In this document: positions 39,246 to 52,065 of the stretch, piece after piece
How the letters are laid out: each line of letters starts with the position of its first letter
How positions within the stretch are numbered: position 1 is the first letter of the stretch
Assembly (NCBI GenBank): GCA_030390025.1
Contig: CM059432.1
Coordinates: 60,700,001-60,764,000, forward strand
Length of the DNA: 64,000 nt
Source of the DNA: Squalus acanthias
Taxonomy: Eukaryota
Direction: 5' to 3'
Made by a program: the position numbers and the translations under genes
The notes under the pieces: model-generated
What the model was told of the DNA's origin: nothing
What the model saw: the letters and a program-made list of their open reading frames with translations, nothing else
The model's database searches: none

Positions 39246-39456
39246 TGTGCTTTTGATGCTGTTATTTCATTAACAAACACGCAGTTTCTGAATCGTAATT
39301 AGTTAAAAATATAGGACACCAAAGTCCACAACCATTCCATAACTTTGCAAAGGATCCATCAGGATGGCCGCAAACTCGGCCAAAACCCAGATATGTCGTC
39401 TTGGCATGCAGCTAGAGTTTCTGGGATGGCCTTGTGGGAACAGAGCCCCAAAAAAA

Positions 39457-41041
39457 GGGCTAGAAATTCATCTCCTTACCGACAGTCCGTAGCGCCATGA
39501 AATGGCGATAAAATGGCGACCTGGTTAACCTGGCGTGCAAGCAGGCTGACGGTGGCGATGTCTGCAGCTCTTAAAGGGACACACATATCATTCAGGTAAG
39601 TTTGAATTTAAGGGTTTGGACTGTTTTTTTTTATTTTATTGGAGTGGTGGCTTGCTGCAATCGATGTGAAAAGTTTTTTAAGTGTGTAGGGAGTGCAAGG
39701 GCTCAGATGGTAAATGAAGGCCTCTGAGAAGACAGAATATGCTGCGAATACTCAGCAGGTCACGCAACATCCGTGGAGAGAAAAACAGAGTTCACATCTC
39801 AGGTCGACATGCTGCCTGACCAACTGAGTATTTCCAGCATTTTATGCTGTCATTTCACATTTACAGCATCCGCTTGCAGAGGGAAGAGGAAGACGCAGAA
39901 GAGGAGGAAGCCAAAGAGGAGGAATCAGATGGAAGGATGCACCCCAGACAGCCCCTTTGTGGCCGGGATATCCAGGATGGAATCATCCGCCTGTGGTCCT
40001 ATTGGCTGGACAGACTGCCTCCTCTTGTTGATCCACTGGCTGGGCAGGCTGCATTTCTTGGGTTTGTGAAATGAGGAAGGCACAAGGGTGGAGTTGTGCT
40101 GATGGGAGGGCGGGAAGGCAAGAGGTGCATGCCAGAAGGAGGATAACATACGAGGATACCAGCATCTTGTATACTTTCAGCCCCGCCACTGGCCAAGGGC
40201 TCAACCTTGCCAAGAATGGCCTGAACCGTCTCCTCCAAGGGGGTGAGGTGAGGCTAGGAATGGGAGATGTGCCTCATCATTGGTACAGATTGTTGGTAGG
40301 TGAATGATTGGGGGTCGTGCATTGAGCAGTGTGTGAGGCTAGTGGTGCAGTTGGTAGGAGACGGCTCTTGAAGATGCATTCACTGACCTTGACCAGTGGT
40401 CTGAGGTCATGAAGCTTCTTTGGGCACTGGAGCCAGGTGATGGAGAGTGACACTGCTGGCAGTGATAGCCTTAGTGATGTACTCCCACATCATTCTTTCT
40501 GGAGGGTAGTGGGCCGCTCTTGTAGTGCTGCGTGTGAGACCCTTGGTGCCCCTTCCCTGACTTGCTGAGCCATTTGTGTTAGTACTGAGGCAGTTTTCCC
40601 ATTTGTTGTGGTTAGGAAGGCAATTCAGCTTTAACAGCTGAATATTCACATTTGGAACTTTTAAATGTTGAATATTTTTTAAAAGGCAGAAAGGGCTGAA
40701 AAATGTATTGATTCACTGCATTTTATTTTGTATTGCTTCAGTGTGCATGGCCCCTTTAATTCTCAGACCTCTTCATTGCCCACAATTCCTTGCGAGCTCC
40801 ACAGTTTCGCTCACAGAGGCTGTGGGAAGCTGCAACGCTGGACCTGGACAGGAACTTCGTCCCGGATCCCTCCAGCAACGCCACCCGGACGGCGTTGCAC
40901 AGAAGGTGAGCGCTGGGCCACCTATCTCCATGTCCCCCAGGCCAATTTCACTCGCTTAGCGTTGCGGCCATTTCCAGCGGCCGTTAATTGCAGTTGCCGG
41001 TGAGACCGGCAACTTTGCTGGCAAACACAAATTTTTCCCCC
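39457..41041 (-). mobile_element. Harbinger deletion derivative (Myb remnant on -), sister of 52066-55748
   Basis: Termini gggctagaaatt / aatttttccccc; MMWEYITKAITASSV Myb-like remnant; reverse-complement collinear with 52.5-53.1 kb and 53.5-55.5 kb. Confidence 0.75.
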
Positions 41042-41149
41042 TAGGTCTCACCAGGAAGTAGAGAATTGGGGCCACCTGAGATTACAGGCGATGATTGGGG
41101 CCTGCACCTCCAAAGATGAGAAGCAGCAAAAATGTTTTTTAAATTTGTA

Positions 41150-41425
41150 AAAGTGGACCCCTGACGTGTGCCATTCCCTACAATGCCTTAAATGTTCCAG
41201 GCAGGGGACAGCCTCATCATCTTTTCAGAGGCAACCTGCCACTATCACATAGGCACAGCCATGTCAGTAGCTGTCAAGGTCACTATGGCTCTTAACTTTT
41301 ATGGTCTGGGATAATTTCAGGCAGCATAAGCCAACCAACTGTCCATAAATGTGTAAAAGAAATGACTAATGCCTTGTTTACTGGAGCAAGAAATGTTATC
41401 TCCTTCCCCATGGACAACCTCCAGT
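41150..41425 (+). pseudogene. Harbinger transposase N-terminal fragment
   Basis: MSVAVKVTMALNFYG...ISQPTVHKCVKEMTNALF. Confidence 0.7.
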
Positions 41426-41427
41426 AA

Positions 41428-41800
41428 CATGAGAGGACATAAGAAATAGGAGCAGGAGCAGGCCATTTGGCCCTTCGAGCCTGCTCCACCCTTCAATAAG
41501 ATCATGGCTGATCTTCTACCTCATCTCCACTTTCCTGCACTATCCCCATATCCCTTGATTCCCTTAATATTCAAAAATTTATCGATCTCTGTCTTGATAA
41601 TACTCAACGATTGAGCCTCTACAACCCTCTGAGGTAGAGAATTCCAAAGATTTACCACCCTCTGAGTGAAGAAATCTCTCCTCATCTCAGTCCTAAATGG
41701 CCGACCCCTTATTCTGAGACTGTGACCCCCGGTTCTAGACTCCCCAGCCAGGGGAAACATCCTTCCTGAATCTACCCTGTTAAAGCCCTGTAAGAATTTT
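41428..41800 (-). mobile_element. CR1 3' fragment
   Basis: ORF 41521 has MFPLAGESRTGGHSLRIRG...WNSLPQRVV. Confidence 0.9.
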
Positions 41801-41966
41801 CTTCTACATCAACCTGAGAGGGCAGACAGGCCTCATCCAAAAGGCAGCACCCCTTCAGTACTGCACTGGAGTGTCAGTCTAGATTAAGTGCTCTCGTCTC
41901 TGGAGTGGCGATTCAACCCACAACCTTCTGACTCAGAAGCAAAAATGCTACCACTGAGCCAAGGCA
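41800..41966 (-). mobile_element. SacSINE1-like 5' fragment
   Basis: Reverse-complement tRNA head (ccactgagccaaggc; caaccttctgactcaga). Confidence 0.75.
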
Positions 41967-42845
41967 GAAGCTGGACAAGATTCCCAACATTTCCAGTCGC
42001 ATTCCTTGAAATTACAGTACTTAAAGTGTCACTAACCATTCAGTGCTTATGGGACACTAATAAACCTCATTTCCAAACTCTCAACATTTAAATTGTTTCT
42101 TTGATTATACATTTTGCATACGGTAATTGCACTATTAAGAAAGTTTATCAATCCACATCGCTGAATCAATACAGCATAAGTTGCTGATGGTGGTTATTCT
42201 CCACAAGAACAGAAAATTAAAATAATGAGAATCTATTAATATATTTAGTATTAACTAACCCAGTTGTGCTGAAGATTTTAGGCAACAGAACAATCAATTA
42301 TACTTTGCTTGCTAAAGAAAACTGAACTTTTTCGTTAGCTATGTGGATTTTTTAATTGAGATTAATTCCTTTAGGAGCATGAAGCGAAGTCCTTGGTTTG
42401 TCTTGCATCAACAAAATCCTTTGGTACTTAGGGTAGATTTTCCTCAATGGGCACCTGACCTCGGAGGAGACAGCTACCCACATTTCCTGCTCTGTATGGC
42501 CTGGGTGTACTCTAGACAGTGGTGTGCCCTCTAACTGGCCTAGCAGCAGAAGATCTCGGAGGAAATCAAAGCACAACTGCACTCATGGAGCAGGCATTGG
42601 GGCCTTCTGACCACAAGGGTCTGAGGAAAAGTCCTTGTAACAAGAATGAAGCAGGAGAAAGTCCATGTTGCCTTCACCTCATTTAAATAGGTGCATTGGG
42701 CCTACGCCTACTACACGCATAGGTCGTGTTGAAGCAATTCCTGCCCCTGGAGAACGCTGATTTTCCCGCTGCAAGAGAGAGGGAAATTAGCTCAGAGTTG
42801 CCAGCGCTCATGATTTAATCGCGACATGCGATTTTTAATGAAAAT

Positions 42846-43268
42846 ACATAGAAACATAGAATCTAGGAGCAGGAGTAGGCCATTCGGCCCGTCGAGCCTG
42901 CTCCACCATTCAATACGATCATGGCTGATCATCCAAATCCAGTACCCTGTCCCTGCTTTAATCCCCACAGTACACATATCCCACCCTACCCCCGTAACCC
43001 CACGTATTTAATTCCCCCTAACATATCCCATCCTATCCCCATAACCCCACATATTTAACACCCCCCTAACACTAAGGGTCAATTTATCATAGCCAAATCA
43101 ACCTAACCCGCACATTTTTGGACTGTGGGAGGAAACCGGACCACCCGGAGGAAACCCACGCAGACACGGGGAGAATGTGCAAACTCCACACAGACAGTCA
43201 CCCGAGGTCAGATTCGAACCCGGGTCCCTGGCGCTGTGAGACACCAGTGCTAACCACTATGCCACCGT
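42846..43268 (-). mobile_element. V-SINE (HE1-like): tRNA head, V core, short internal tandem duplication and CR1-derived tail
   Basis: Minus-strand A/B boxes (tggcatagtggttagc; ggttcgaatc); core gtgtggagtttgcacattctccccgtgtctgcgtgggtttcctccggg; tail matches local CR1 3' ends. Confidence 0.85.
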
Positions 43269-43789
43269 GTACACCCCATTTCGCGATTTAACTCAGAAAA
43301 GTCATGATTTTTTTCGACTTCAGGGGGTCCACCAAAAAGACACTGTACCGTACCTGCACACTGCCACTTTTGCCATCCAAACAGCAATTCATCCTGCACT
43401 TCCGGCGCCGCCGCTGGTTAAATGCTCCTGTTCACCTGATTTTTGTTTGCTTTCTTTCGGTCTCTTCGGCCTGGCCTGGCCGTGCATGCACTGTGGTAAA
43501 TGCAGCAGCACGATGTTTGTCCGCTTTCTTGGCCTGTACGCACAGTTAGCATGAAGCGGTGTTTAATCATCTGGCATCCACCGTAAGTCACATATTTAAA
43601 CCAACAGTGACTCACTCCGAATGCATGAGATTCACAGGTCTCTTAGTTTCATCATTTTATAACTTTATCCCCCTTCCACAATGTAGATGTTGCTTTTTTG
43701 ATTTCCGTCTGCAAAGTTCCCATGTATAGCCTTTCTTGGGGAGGGATTATTGTGCTTGTAAGATCCCACATACAAGCAGGTATATACAA

Positions 43790-43985
43790 GCAAACAAAAT
43801 ACTGCGGATGCTGGAAATGTGAAATTAAAAACAGAAAATGTTGGAAAACACTCAGCATCTGGAAAGAGAAACAGAGTTAACGTTTTAGGTCGATGACCAG
43901 TTCTGATGAAAGGTCATGACCTGAAACATTAACTGTTTCTCTCTCCCCTCAGATGCTGCCTGACCTGCTGACTGTTTCCAGCATT
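43790..43985. mobile_element. Palindromic Penelope-like pLTR element with a hammerhead core
   Basis: Inverted arms around cagtt-CTGATGA-a-AGGTC-at-GACCT-GAAA-CATT-aactg. Confidence 0.65.
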
Positions 43986-44027
43986 GGAATTGAGAATTGT
44001 TGCTCAGCAACTGGTTTCACATTAAGT

Positions 44028-44222
44028 ACATAGAACATAGAACAGTACAGCACAGTACAGGCCCTTCGGCCCTCGATGTTGTGCCGAGCATTGTCCGAGA
44101 CCAAGATCAAGCTATCACACTCCCTATCACTCTGGTGTGCTCCATGTGCTTATCCAATAACCGCTTGAAAGTTCCTAAAGTGTCCGACTCCACTATCACA
44201 GCAGGCAGTCCATTCCACACCC
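44028..44222 (-). mobile_element. Young CR1 3' fragment
   Basis: Near-identical to 29030-29225. Confidence 0.88.
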
Positions 44223-44224
44223 TG

Positions 44225-45535
44225 GGTATGTCCTGTCCACAAAAAGCAGGACAAAGTCCAACCCGGCTAAAATACTATCCTATCAGTCTACTCTCAATCA
44301 TCAGCAAAGTGATGAAAGGAGTTGTCAACAGTACTATCAAGCGGCACTTACTCACCAATAACCTGTTCACCGATGCTCAGTTTAGATTCTGCCAGGACTC
44401 CTTGGCTCCAGACCTCATTACTACATTTGTCCAAACATGGACAAAAAAGCTGAATTGCAGAGGTGAGGTGAGAGTGACTGCCCTTGACATCAAGGCAGCA
44501 TTTGACCGAGTGTGGCATCAAGGAGCCCTAGTAAAATTGAAGTAAATGGGAATCGGGGAAAACTCTCCACTGGCTGGAGTCGTACCTAGCACAAAGGAAG
44601 ATGGTTGTGGTTTTTTGAGGTCAATCATCTCAGCCCCAGGACACTGCTGCAGGAGTTCCTACGGTCAGTGTCCTAGGCCCAACCATCTTCAACTGCTTCA
44701 TCAATGACCTTCCCTTCATCATAAGGTCAGAAATGGGGCTGTTGCAATTCCTCAGATAATGAAGCAGTCCGTGCCTACATGCAGCAAGACCTGGACAACA
44801 TCCAGGCTTGGACTGATAAATGGCAAGTAACATTTGCGCCACACAAATGCCAGGCAGTGCCCATCTTCAAGAAGAGAAATTCTAACCACCTCCCTTTGGC
44901 ATTGAATAGCATTACCATTGCCGAATCCCCCACTATCAACATCCTGAGGGTCGCCATTGACCAGAAACTCAACTGGACCAGGCACATAAATGTTGTGGCT
45001 ACTAGATCAGGTCAGATGCTGGGCATTCTGTGGCAAGTGACTCACCTCCTGACTCCCCAAAGCCTATCCACCACCTACAAGGTACAGGTCAGGAGTGAGA
45101 TTGAATACTCTCCACATGCCTGGATGGGTGCAGCTGCAACAACACTCAAGAAGCTCGACACCATCCAGGACAACTCAATCCGCTTGATCGACAACATCCA
45201 CTCCCTCCACCACCGGTGCACGTTGGCTGCAGTGTGTACCATCTACAAGATGCACTGCAGCAACTCGCCTAGGCTACTTTGACCTCCACCACCTAGGAGG
45301 ACAAGGGCAGCAGCTGCATGGGAGCACCATCACCTCCAAGTTCCTCTCCAAGTCACACACCATCCCGACTTGGATTATATATTGCCGTTTCTTCATTGCC
45401 TCTGGGTCAAAATCCTGGAATTCCCTACCTAACAGTGCTGTGGGGTAACTTCAGCGATTCAAGATGGCTCACCATTAACTTTTCAAGGGCAACTAGGGAT
45501 GCCCACAACCCAAGAATGAATAATAAAAAGAAAAT
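44225..45535 (+). mobile_element. Second non-LTR LINE family, RT domain to 3' end
   Basis: YYPISLLSIISKVM, ALDIKAAFDRVWH, GVP.VSVLGP, EYSPHAW; A-rich tail. Confidence 0.9.
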
Positions 45536-46869
45536 CTACACTCAGAAGACTGTCAGATTTCAAAACGAAGCCACCTTTTAATTTGAACCAATTAGAAAAT
45601 GGAGACTAAAGGGTTAATTGGGGGTGGGGGGGGATGGGGGAGGAAACCCCGGCAGTGAGTTCAATGTGAGGCCTGGGCCATTTTAACTCCCGAACCTCAA
45701 TAAAGCAGAACTGTCCCTCAACCAAATCCAGTGGGAATGATGTCAGGGCCAGCGAATGGGATCATGAATAAGGTCGGGAGCCTGAGGACGCTGGGGACAC
45801 ACAGGAACAGTCCCGAGCAGGAAGTTAGTGCTGGGGTGTGAGTTTGAATGAAGAAGCTGAAGCTTGGCGAAACAAGGCTTGGGGTGGGGAGGCCGAACAA
45901 TCAGGGGGAGTACTGTTCCTCCTGGCCCACAAGAATTTCACATAAAAGTAAAAGTTTAATATTCACCTTGGACTCTTCTGGTCATCCCACCGTCTCCTGC
46001 CAGCATGTGCTGTTGGGTTTGGTGCTGTGCCAGCCTCCCGAGATTTTAAGTTAAAATGGGATTGCGGTGTCGATGAGGTCATTGGCCCACAACTTTTGCA
46101 TGTGGGCCAAGTGCCCACCCGCCTAGAGCACGCAGCAATCCCATGCTCGATCTGACATCAGTTAAGATGGTGGGGGTGGCAATGCATTGGGAATGTGGCG
46201 TGAACTCCCCCCCCCCCCCCCCCCCGGCCAGCTTAGCCCCCGCCACCCGCACCATTCCCGCCAAGCAGGGTTAAATCGACCCTTAAAACTTTGTATAACA
46301 CACATTTAGAGCTCGGACTATTTTAAAATAACAGTTCTTCTAAAAAAGCACCTACCCAAAAGATTGCCTTTGCATTGAACTGCACATCAATTTGTTTTAA
46401 CAGCTACATAAGGATTCCACTGTATGTTCAAATAGGTTTCCAGCAGGCCTATGATTAATTCGGCTGTGTCACTCATAACGTGGTTACTGATTTGGTTGCT
46501 ATGCAATTTTATAAAAATCACTGTGCTCTGCATCCTGTAATGTTGTGATGAAGCTAGCCTGCGGGCATGACAGCTTGGATGCAGTCTTAAAACTGAATAC
46601 CCTGCTCTTTGTATCCTTAAGTCTAGCAGTAATGCACAATGATGTGAAATTGTGATTTGGCAGAGCATGTGATATCAATGATAATTTTTCATTCATTTCC
46701 AGTGTTAGTAATTGTTGTGCTGAGTTACTGATAGTATTGAAACTGTAGACAAATTACTATTTACAGGCTTGAAATAAAAATTCTACAACAGTGATTCAAC
46801 TACCCTGCCACTTCTTGCTTACATTTAGATAAAACAGACAAAAATGGAAGCAACATGAATATAGAATTT

Positions 46870-46985
46870 TAAAAAAAGCAAAAAAGCACAGATGTTGGAG
46901 TTCTGAAATATGAACAGAAAGTGCTGGCTGCACTCATCAGGACAATCAGCATCTATGGAAAAAACAGATGAGTTAACATCTTGGG
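46870..46985 (-). mobile_element. Degenerate half of the palindromic Penelope-like element
   Basis: Similar to the left arm of 43790-43900. Confidence 0.5.
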
Positions 46986-47079
46986 TGCAGCCCCTAGAAC
47001 TTGCCACTTCAATTCCCCATTCAACTCCCATCCTGACCTCTGCCCTTGGCCTCCAACGCTGCTCCAGTGAATCTCAAGG

Positions 47080-48350
47080 AAGATTGGGGGTAATATTCTG
47101 GCATGGATAGAGGATTGGCTATCTAACAGAAAGCAAAGAGTTGGGATAAATGGTTCATTCTCAGACTGGCAATCAGTAACTAGTGGTGTTCCACAGGGGT
47201 CAGTGCTGGGTCCCCAACTCTTCACAATCTATATTAACGATTTGGAGGAAGGGACCAAGTGTAACATATCAAAATTTGCAGATGATACAAAGATGGGAGG
47301 GAAAGTAGTGAGTGAGGAGGACATAAAAAACCTGCAAGGGGACATAGACAGGCTAAGTAAGTGGGCAGAGATTTGGCAGATGGAATACAACACTGGAAAG
47401 TGTGAGGTGATGCACTTTGGCAGGAAAAATCCTAGAGCAATTTATTATCTTAATGGCAAGAAACTGGAGAGTACTGAAGTGCAAAGGGATCTGGGGGTCC
47501 TGGTGCACGAAACTCAAAAGGTTAGTATGCAGGTGCAGCAAGTGATTAAGAAGGCAAATGGAATGTTGGCTTTCATTGCTAGGGGGATAGAATATAAAAA
47601 TAGGGAGGTATTGCTTCAGTTGTACAAGGTATTGGTGAGACCGCACCTGGAATACTGCATACAGTTTTGGTGTCCTTACTTAAGGAAAGACATCCTTGCT
47701 CTCGAGGCAGTGCAAAAAAGGTTCACTCGGTTAATCCCGGGGATGAGGGGGTGGTCATATGAGGAGAGGTTGGGTAGATTGGGACTCTACTCATTGGAGT
47801 TCAGAAGAATGAGAGGCGATCTTATTGAAACATATAAGATTGTGAAGGGGTTGGATCGGGTGGATGCGGGGAGGATGTTCCCGATGACGGGTGAGACGAG
47901 AACTAGGGGACATAGTCTTAGAATAAGGGGCTGCTCTTTCAAAACTGAGATGAGGAGGAACTACTTCACTCAGAGGGTGGTAGGTCCATGGAATATGCTG
48001 CCACAAAAAGCTGTAGAAGCTACAACATTAATTAAATTTAAAACAGAAATAGACAGTTTCCTAGAAGTAAAGGGCATTAAGGGTTACGGGGAGCGGGCAG
48101 GAATTTGGACATGAGTCTAGGTTCGGATCGGTCATGGCCCTGTGGGTAGTGGAGCGGGCCCAGGGACTGTGTAGCCTGATTCTGCTCCTATTTCGTGTGT
48201 GCAATTCTGTTAGATGCAGGAGATGGTTCTGTGATAGATAGTAGATTGGCGGTTAGGATCAGATCAGCCATGATCTTATTGAATGGCGGAGCAGGCTCGA
48301 GGGGCCGATTGGCCTACTCCTGCTCCTATTTCTTATGTTCTTATGTTCTT
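47080..48350 (+). mobile_element. Young CR1 3' half with an open ORF2 and an extended, doubled 3'UTR
   Basis: ORF 47203-48114 (303 aa) is uninterrupted from LGPQLF/KFADD to the ORF2 stop. Confidence 0.93.
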
Positions 48351-48449
48351 ATCTTTCTATTAGGCACTTTGCAGAGTTAATATTAACTTTAATAACTTCA
48401 GACCTTAACTATAGCTCCCACTTTCTCTTTGGCAGGAAATGCAGGAACG

Positions 48450-49410
48450 ATAGCATGGTGGTTATGTTCCTGGACTAGTAATCTGGAGACCTGGACTAAT
48501 GATCCAGAGACCACGGCAGCTGGAGAATTTGAATTCAGTTAATTAAACGAAAACCTGGAATAAAAAGCTAGTATCAGTACTGGTGACCATGAAACTATTG
48601 GAGTGTCGTAAAAACCCATCTGGTTCACTAATGTCCTTTAGGGAAGGAAATCTGCCGTCCTTACCTGGTCTGGCCTATATGTGACTCCAGACCCACAGCA
48701 ATGTGGTTGACTCTTAACTGCCCTCTGAAATGCCACTCATTGTCACAAACCACTACAGAAAACAATAATAAGAATGAAACCGGATGGACCACCCGGCATC
48801 AACCTCGGCACCGGCTTCGGACACGACAACAGCACACCCAGCCCAGTCGACCCTGCAAAGTCCTCCTCACCAACATCTGGGGACTTGTGCCAAAATTGGG
48901 AGAGCTGCCCCACAGACTAGTCAAGCAACAGCCTGACATAGTCATACTCACAGAATCATACCTTTCAGCCAATGTCCCAAACTCCTCCATCACCATTCCC
49001 GGGTATGTCCTCTCCCACCGGCAGGACAGACGCACCAGACGTGGCGGTACAGTGGTATACAGTCGGAAGGGAGTGGCCCTGGGAGTCCTCAACATTGACT
49101 CTGGTCCCCATGAAGTCTCATGGCTTCAGGTCAAGCATGGGCAAGAAAACCTCCTGCTGATTACCACCTACTGCCCACCCTCAGCTGATGAATCAGTACT
49201 CCTCCATGTCGAACACCACTTGGAAGAAGGACTGAGAGTACCAAGGGCACAGAATGTACTCTGGGTGGAGGACTTCAATGCCCATCACCAAGAGTGGCTC
49301 GGTAGCACCACTACTGACTGAGCCCTGAAGGACATAGTGGCCAGACTGGGCCTGCGGCAGGTGGTGAGAGAACCAACACGAGGGAGAAACATACTTGACC
49401 TCATCCTCAC
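48450..49410 (+). mobile_element. 5' portion of a LINE: SINE-like tRNA-head leader followed by an APE endonuclease ORF
   Basis: Leader tagcatggtggttatg...aaaacccatctggttcactaatgtcctttagggaagg; ORF 48701 has LLTNIWGL...DIVILTESYL...RQDR...GG...YCPPS...EDFNAHH. Confidence 0.8.
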
Positions 49411-49627
49411 AAACAGCAATGTGATAATGACCAGATAATCTGTTTTTGTTATGTTGGTTGAGGGATAAATATTGGCCAGGCCACCGGGGATAACTCCCCT
49501 GCTCTTCTTCGAAATAGTGCCATGGGATCTTTTACATCCACCTGAGAGAGCAGACGTCTCATCCGAAAGACGGCACCTCCAACAGTGCAGCTCTCCCTCA
49601 ACACTGCACTGGAGTGTCAGCCTAGCT
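49408..49627 (-). mobile_element. SacSINE1-like internal fragment
   Basis: Matches 415-665. Confidence 0.85.
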
Positions 49628-52065
49628 TTGTGTGCTCAAGTCCCTGGATTGACAATGCTGGCAGACTGCTGTTCTAGGCCTATAATGCCAGAAAATGAGC
49701 AAATGTTAGAATGCTGCTCCAAGAAACATGTTCAAGTAACTGGCCTTGTAATGTACTGCTTATGATGTTTGTATGTATGCCCTTGTGGGATTAAGTGAGA
49801 AGGAGACAGAGCATAAGAGCAGGATCATACTGGCCCGAGCCCGAGAGAGGCCTGCTGCTTCATCTTTCCCTCTTACCTAAGGAGCACATACACTTATACA
49901 TAAACCCTGCGGACTATCCTGGATGGCAGAAAGTCATCATTCAGCTAGATTGTGTTACAGTGATTTACTGTGTGAAGCTCTTGAGCACAAGTGTACCAAG
50001 CCACTCAGTTGTAATTTATAGCTTGATTGTATGTCCTATTGAAGTATGTGGGTGTGAATGTCTTGGAACTTCTCCCACTCTGCTGTCATAACTTCACTGG
50101 AAACCCCATTGGCGTGAGTAAATGGTTTCCACCAAAGTTACAGCAGTGGGGTGGCCAGAATTCTGAGGAAGTTCAGCCCCGTGTATGCATGAGATGCAAT
50201 GAAAGAGCTGTAAGGTTGTGTGAGGGCTTAGCATGGGTGAGTCGTATATATGGAATGGGTTGACAGGCAACATTTTGTGGTATGTAAATCTGGGCCAGCT
50301 AGCTAACACATGACACTGTTGGATAGATTTGCTTTGCCATATTCCTTAACGTGTGCCATCTTCATCCACCTCTATTCCACATATCCTACAGGTACTGTCC
50401 ACAGTATTTATCCTGACCATTACCTCATGATTGGCACGCGCATTGTTGTCTTGTGGGAAAGGTACCCTAGAATGCGAAACAGTGCAACCATCCTTGCACC
50501 CACCTCATTCAGCAGCATCTCCACTTGGAGCATTCATCAAACAAGAGCTTGTGTGCTGCATCACTCCACTATTTTCCAACAGATTATTTCATGCCTCCAC
50601 ATTGGGTTTGCTTCACTTCATTTTGCCTGTCATTTCCTCTCCCCATGCAGCTTTGGTAAACTGTTTTAATTCATTTTGAATCTTTCTAAAGACTCAGAAT
50701 TTTTGCCCCATATGGGCCACCTATCTTAAGTGGCCTCACCCCTAAATGTGAGCAGTAGCCCTTTAAGAACTGCTGGCTCATTTCATATCCCACCTATGCA
50801 TGGAACATGCTTCTTACACTGGGTCAATGTGCAGAGAGAGAGCATACAAATTATTGTAATGAGCTGATCTCACGAAATGCATATGCTGTGGTCCAATCCT
50901 GCCAGCACTGCACTAGGACCAGATAATCGACCTATTGTTTCATTAGTTACATTGGATTAAACACATATTAGAACTGTATAGGGACTGCCACTGATGCCAG
51001 ACCTATGCAAAATAATTTGTGCAGTTCAAGTCCTACAGAGAAATATGGACAGAAGCTTTTCTTCTTGTAACTTCATAATTTCACAAATCAATATTTGTGA
51101 GCAGATTAAAGAAGATATAATGGAGAATATTTCAAACTCCTGCTGTGTGGGAGAATTGTTTTTTAAAAGAAAACTATGTCATACATACAAGATTGTTTGG
51201 AAGCTGAAGAGGTGATCATCCATTCAGGTCGATCAGTTTAGTCTTTTTTGGGGCTTTGTCGTGCCTTTATTCAGTTTTCAACCTTTTGAATTTACCTGAT
51301 CATAATTATGACCTTATTGACTTCATGCGATACTGCTTTCCAAGCATCCTAGTCTAGAAATCCCACATTCTATTTGGAGGGGGTGGATTTGAGGCAGGAT
51401 TTCCGCCCGCTGCTTTGCCATGCTGCTGATCTCGTTCTGGGGACGGGCTCATTAGAGTCTTCAGAGTGGTGCCTCCATGCTTGAAGCAGCACAATAGAGA
51501 TGCCCACCGCACTAAGGAGGAAGAAGTTGGAGCAGACCTGGCAGTTCTGAAAGGAGCCATTTAAGGCCCGAATCAGACCGAAGAAAATATTACAACAATA
51601 ATGTTTCAACCCTCCAGTCAGGGGGCAAATGGACAACTTGGAAATGAGAATGGACCCGTCTGGAATCAATTACTTTCTGCCTTCTTCATTAGGTCCTACT
51701 TCAGTCTTCAGTCCCACAATGGGACCAACTCCTGTTCTCATCATTGAGGCTATCAAGGGTAAGTTGGTTGTAATTCCTGGGAATGTCCCTAAACACGCCC
51801 CCAATTTTGCTGTACGACCTTGTGGGGACAGGGCTAAGAAGTGCCCACCGTCCCACCTCAGTGCAATTTTTAATATTCTGTTCAATGGGGGAAAAACTTG
51901 ATTTAAGTTGTAGATGGCCACTTTTGATGTAAACAGCAGAGCATCCTGTATTCTGATAGAGCTGTTTGTTGTTCAATGTAAATCTTGCAACACTTAGCTG
52001 ATACGTGAGCTCCTCGGATAAACGTGCTTTCTGCTGTTTAACGTGTGAATTGTGGTGAGCAGTAT

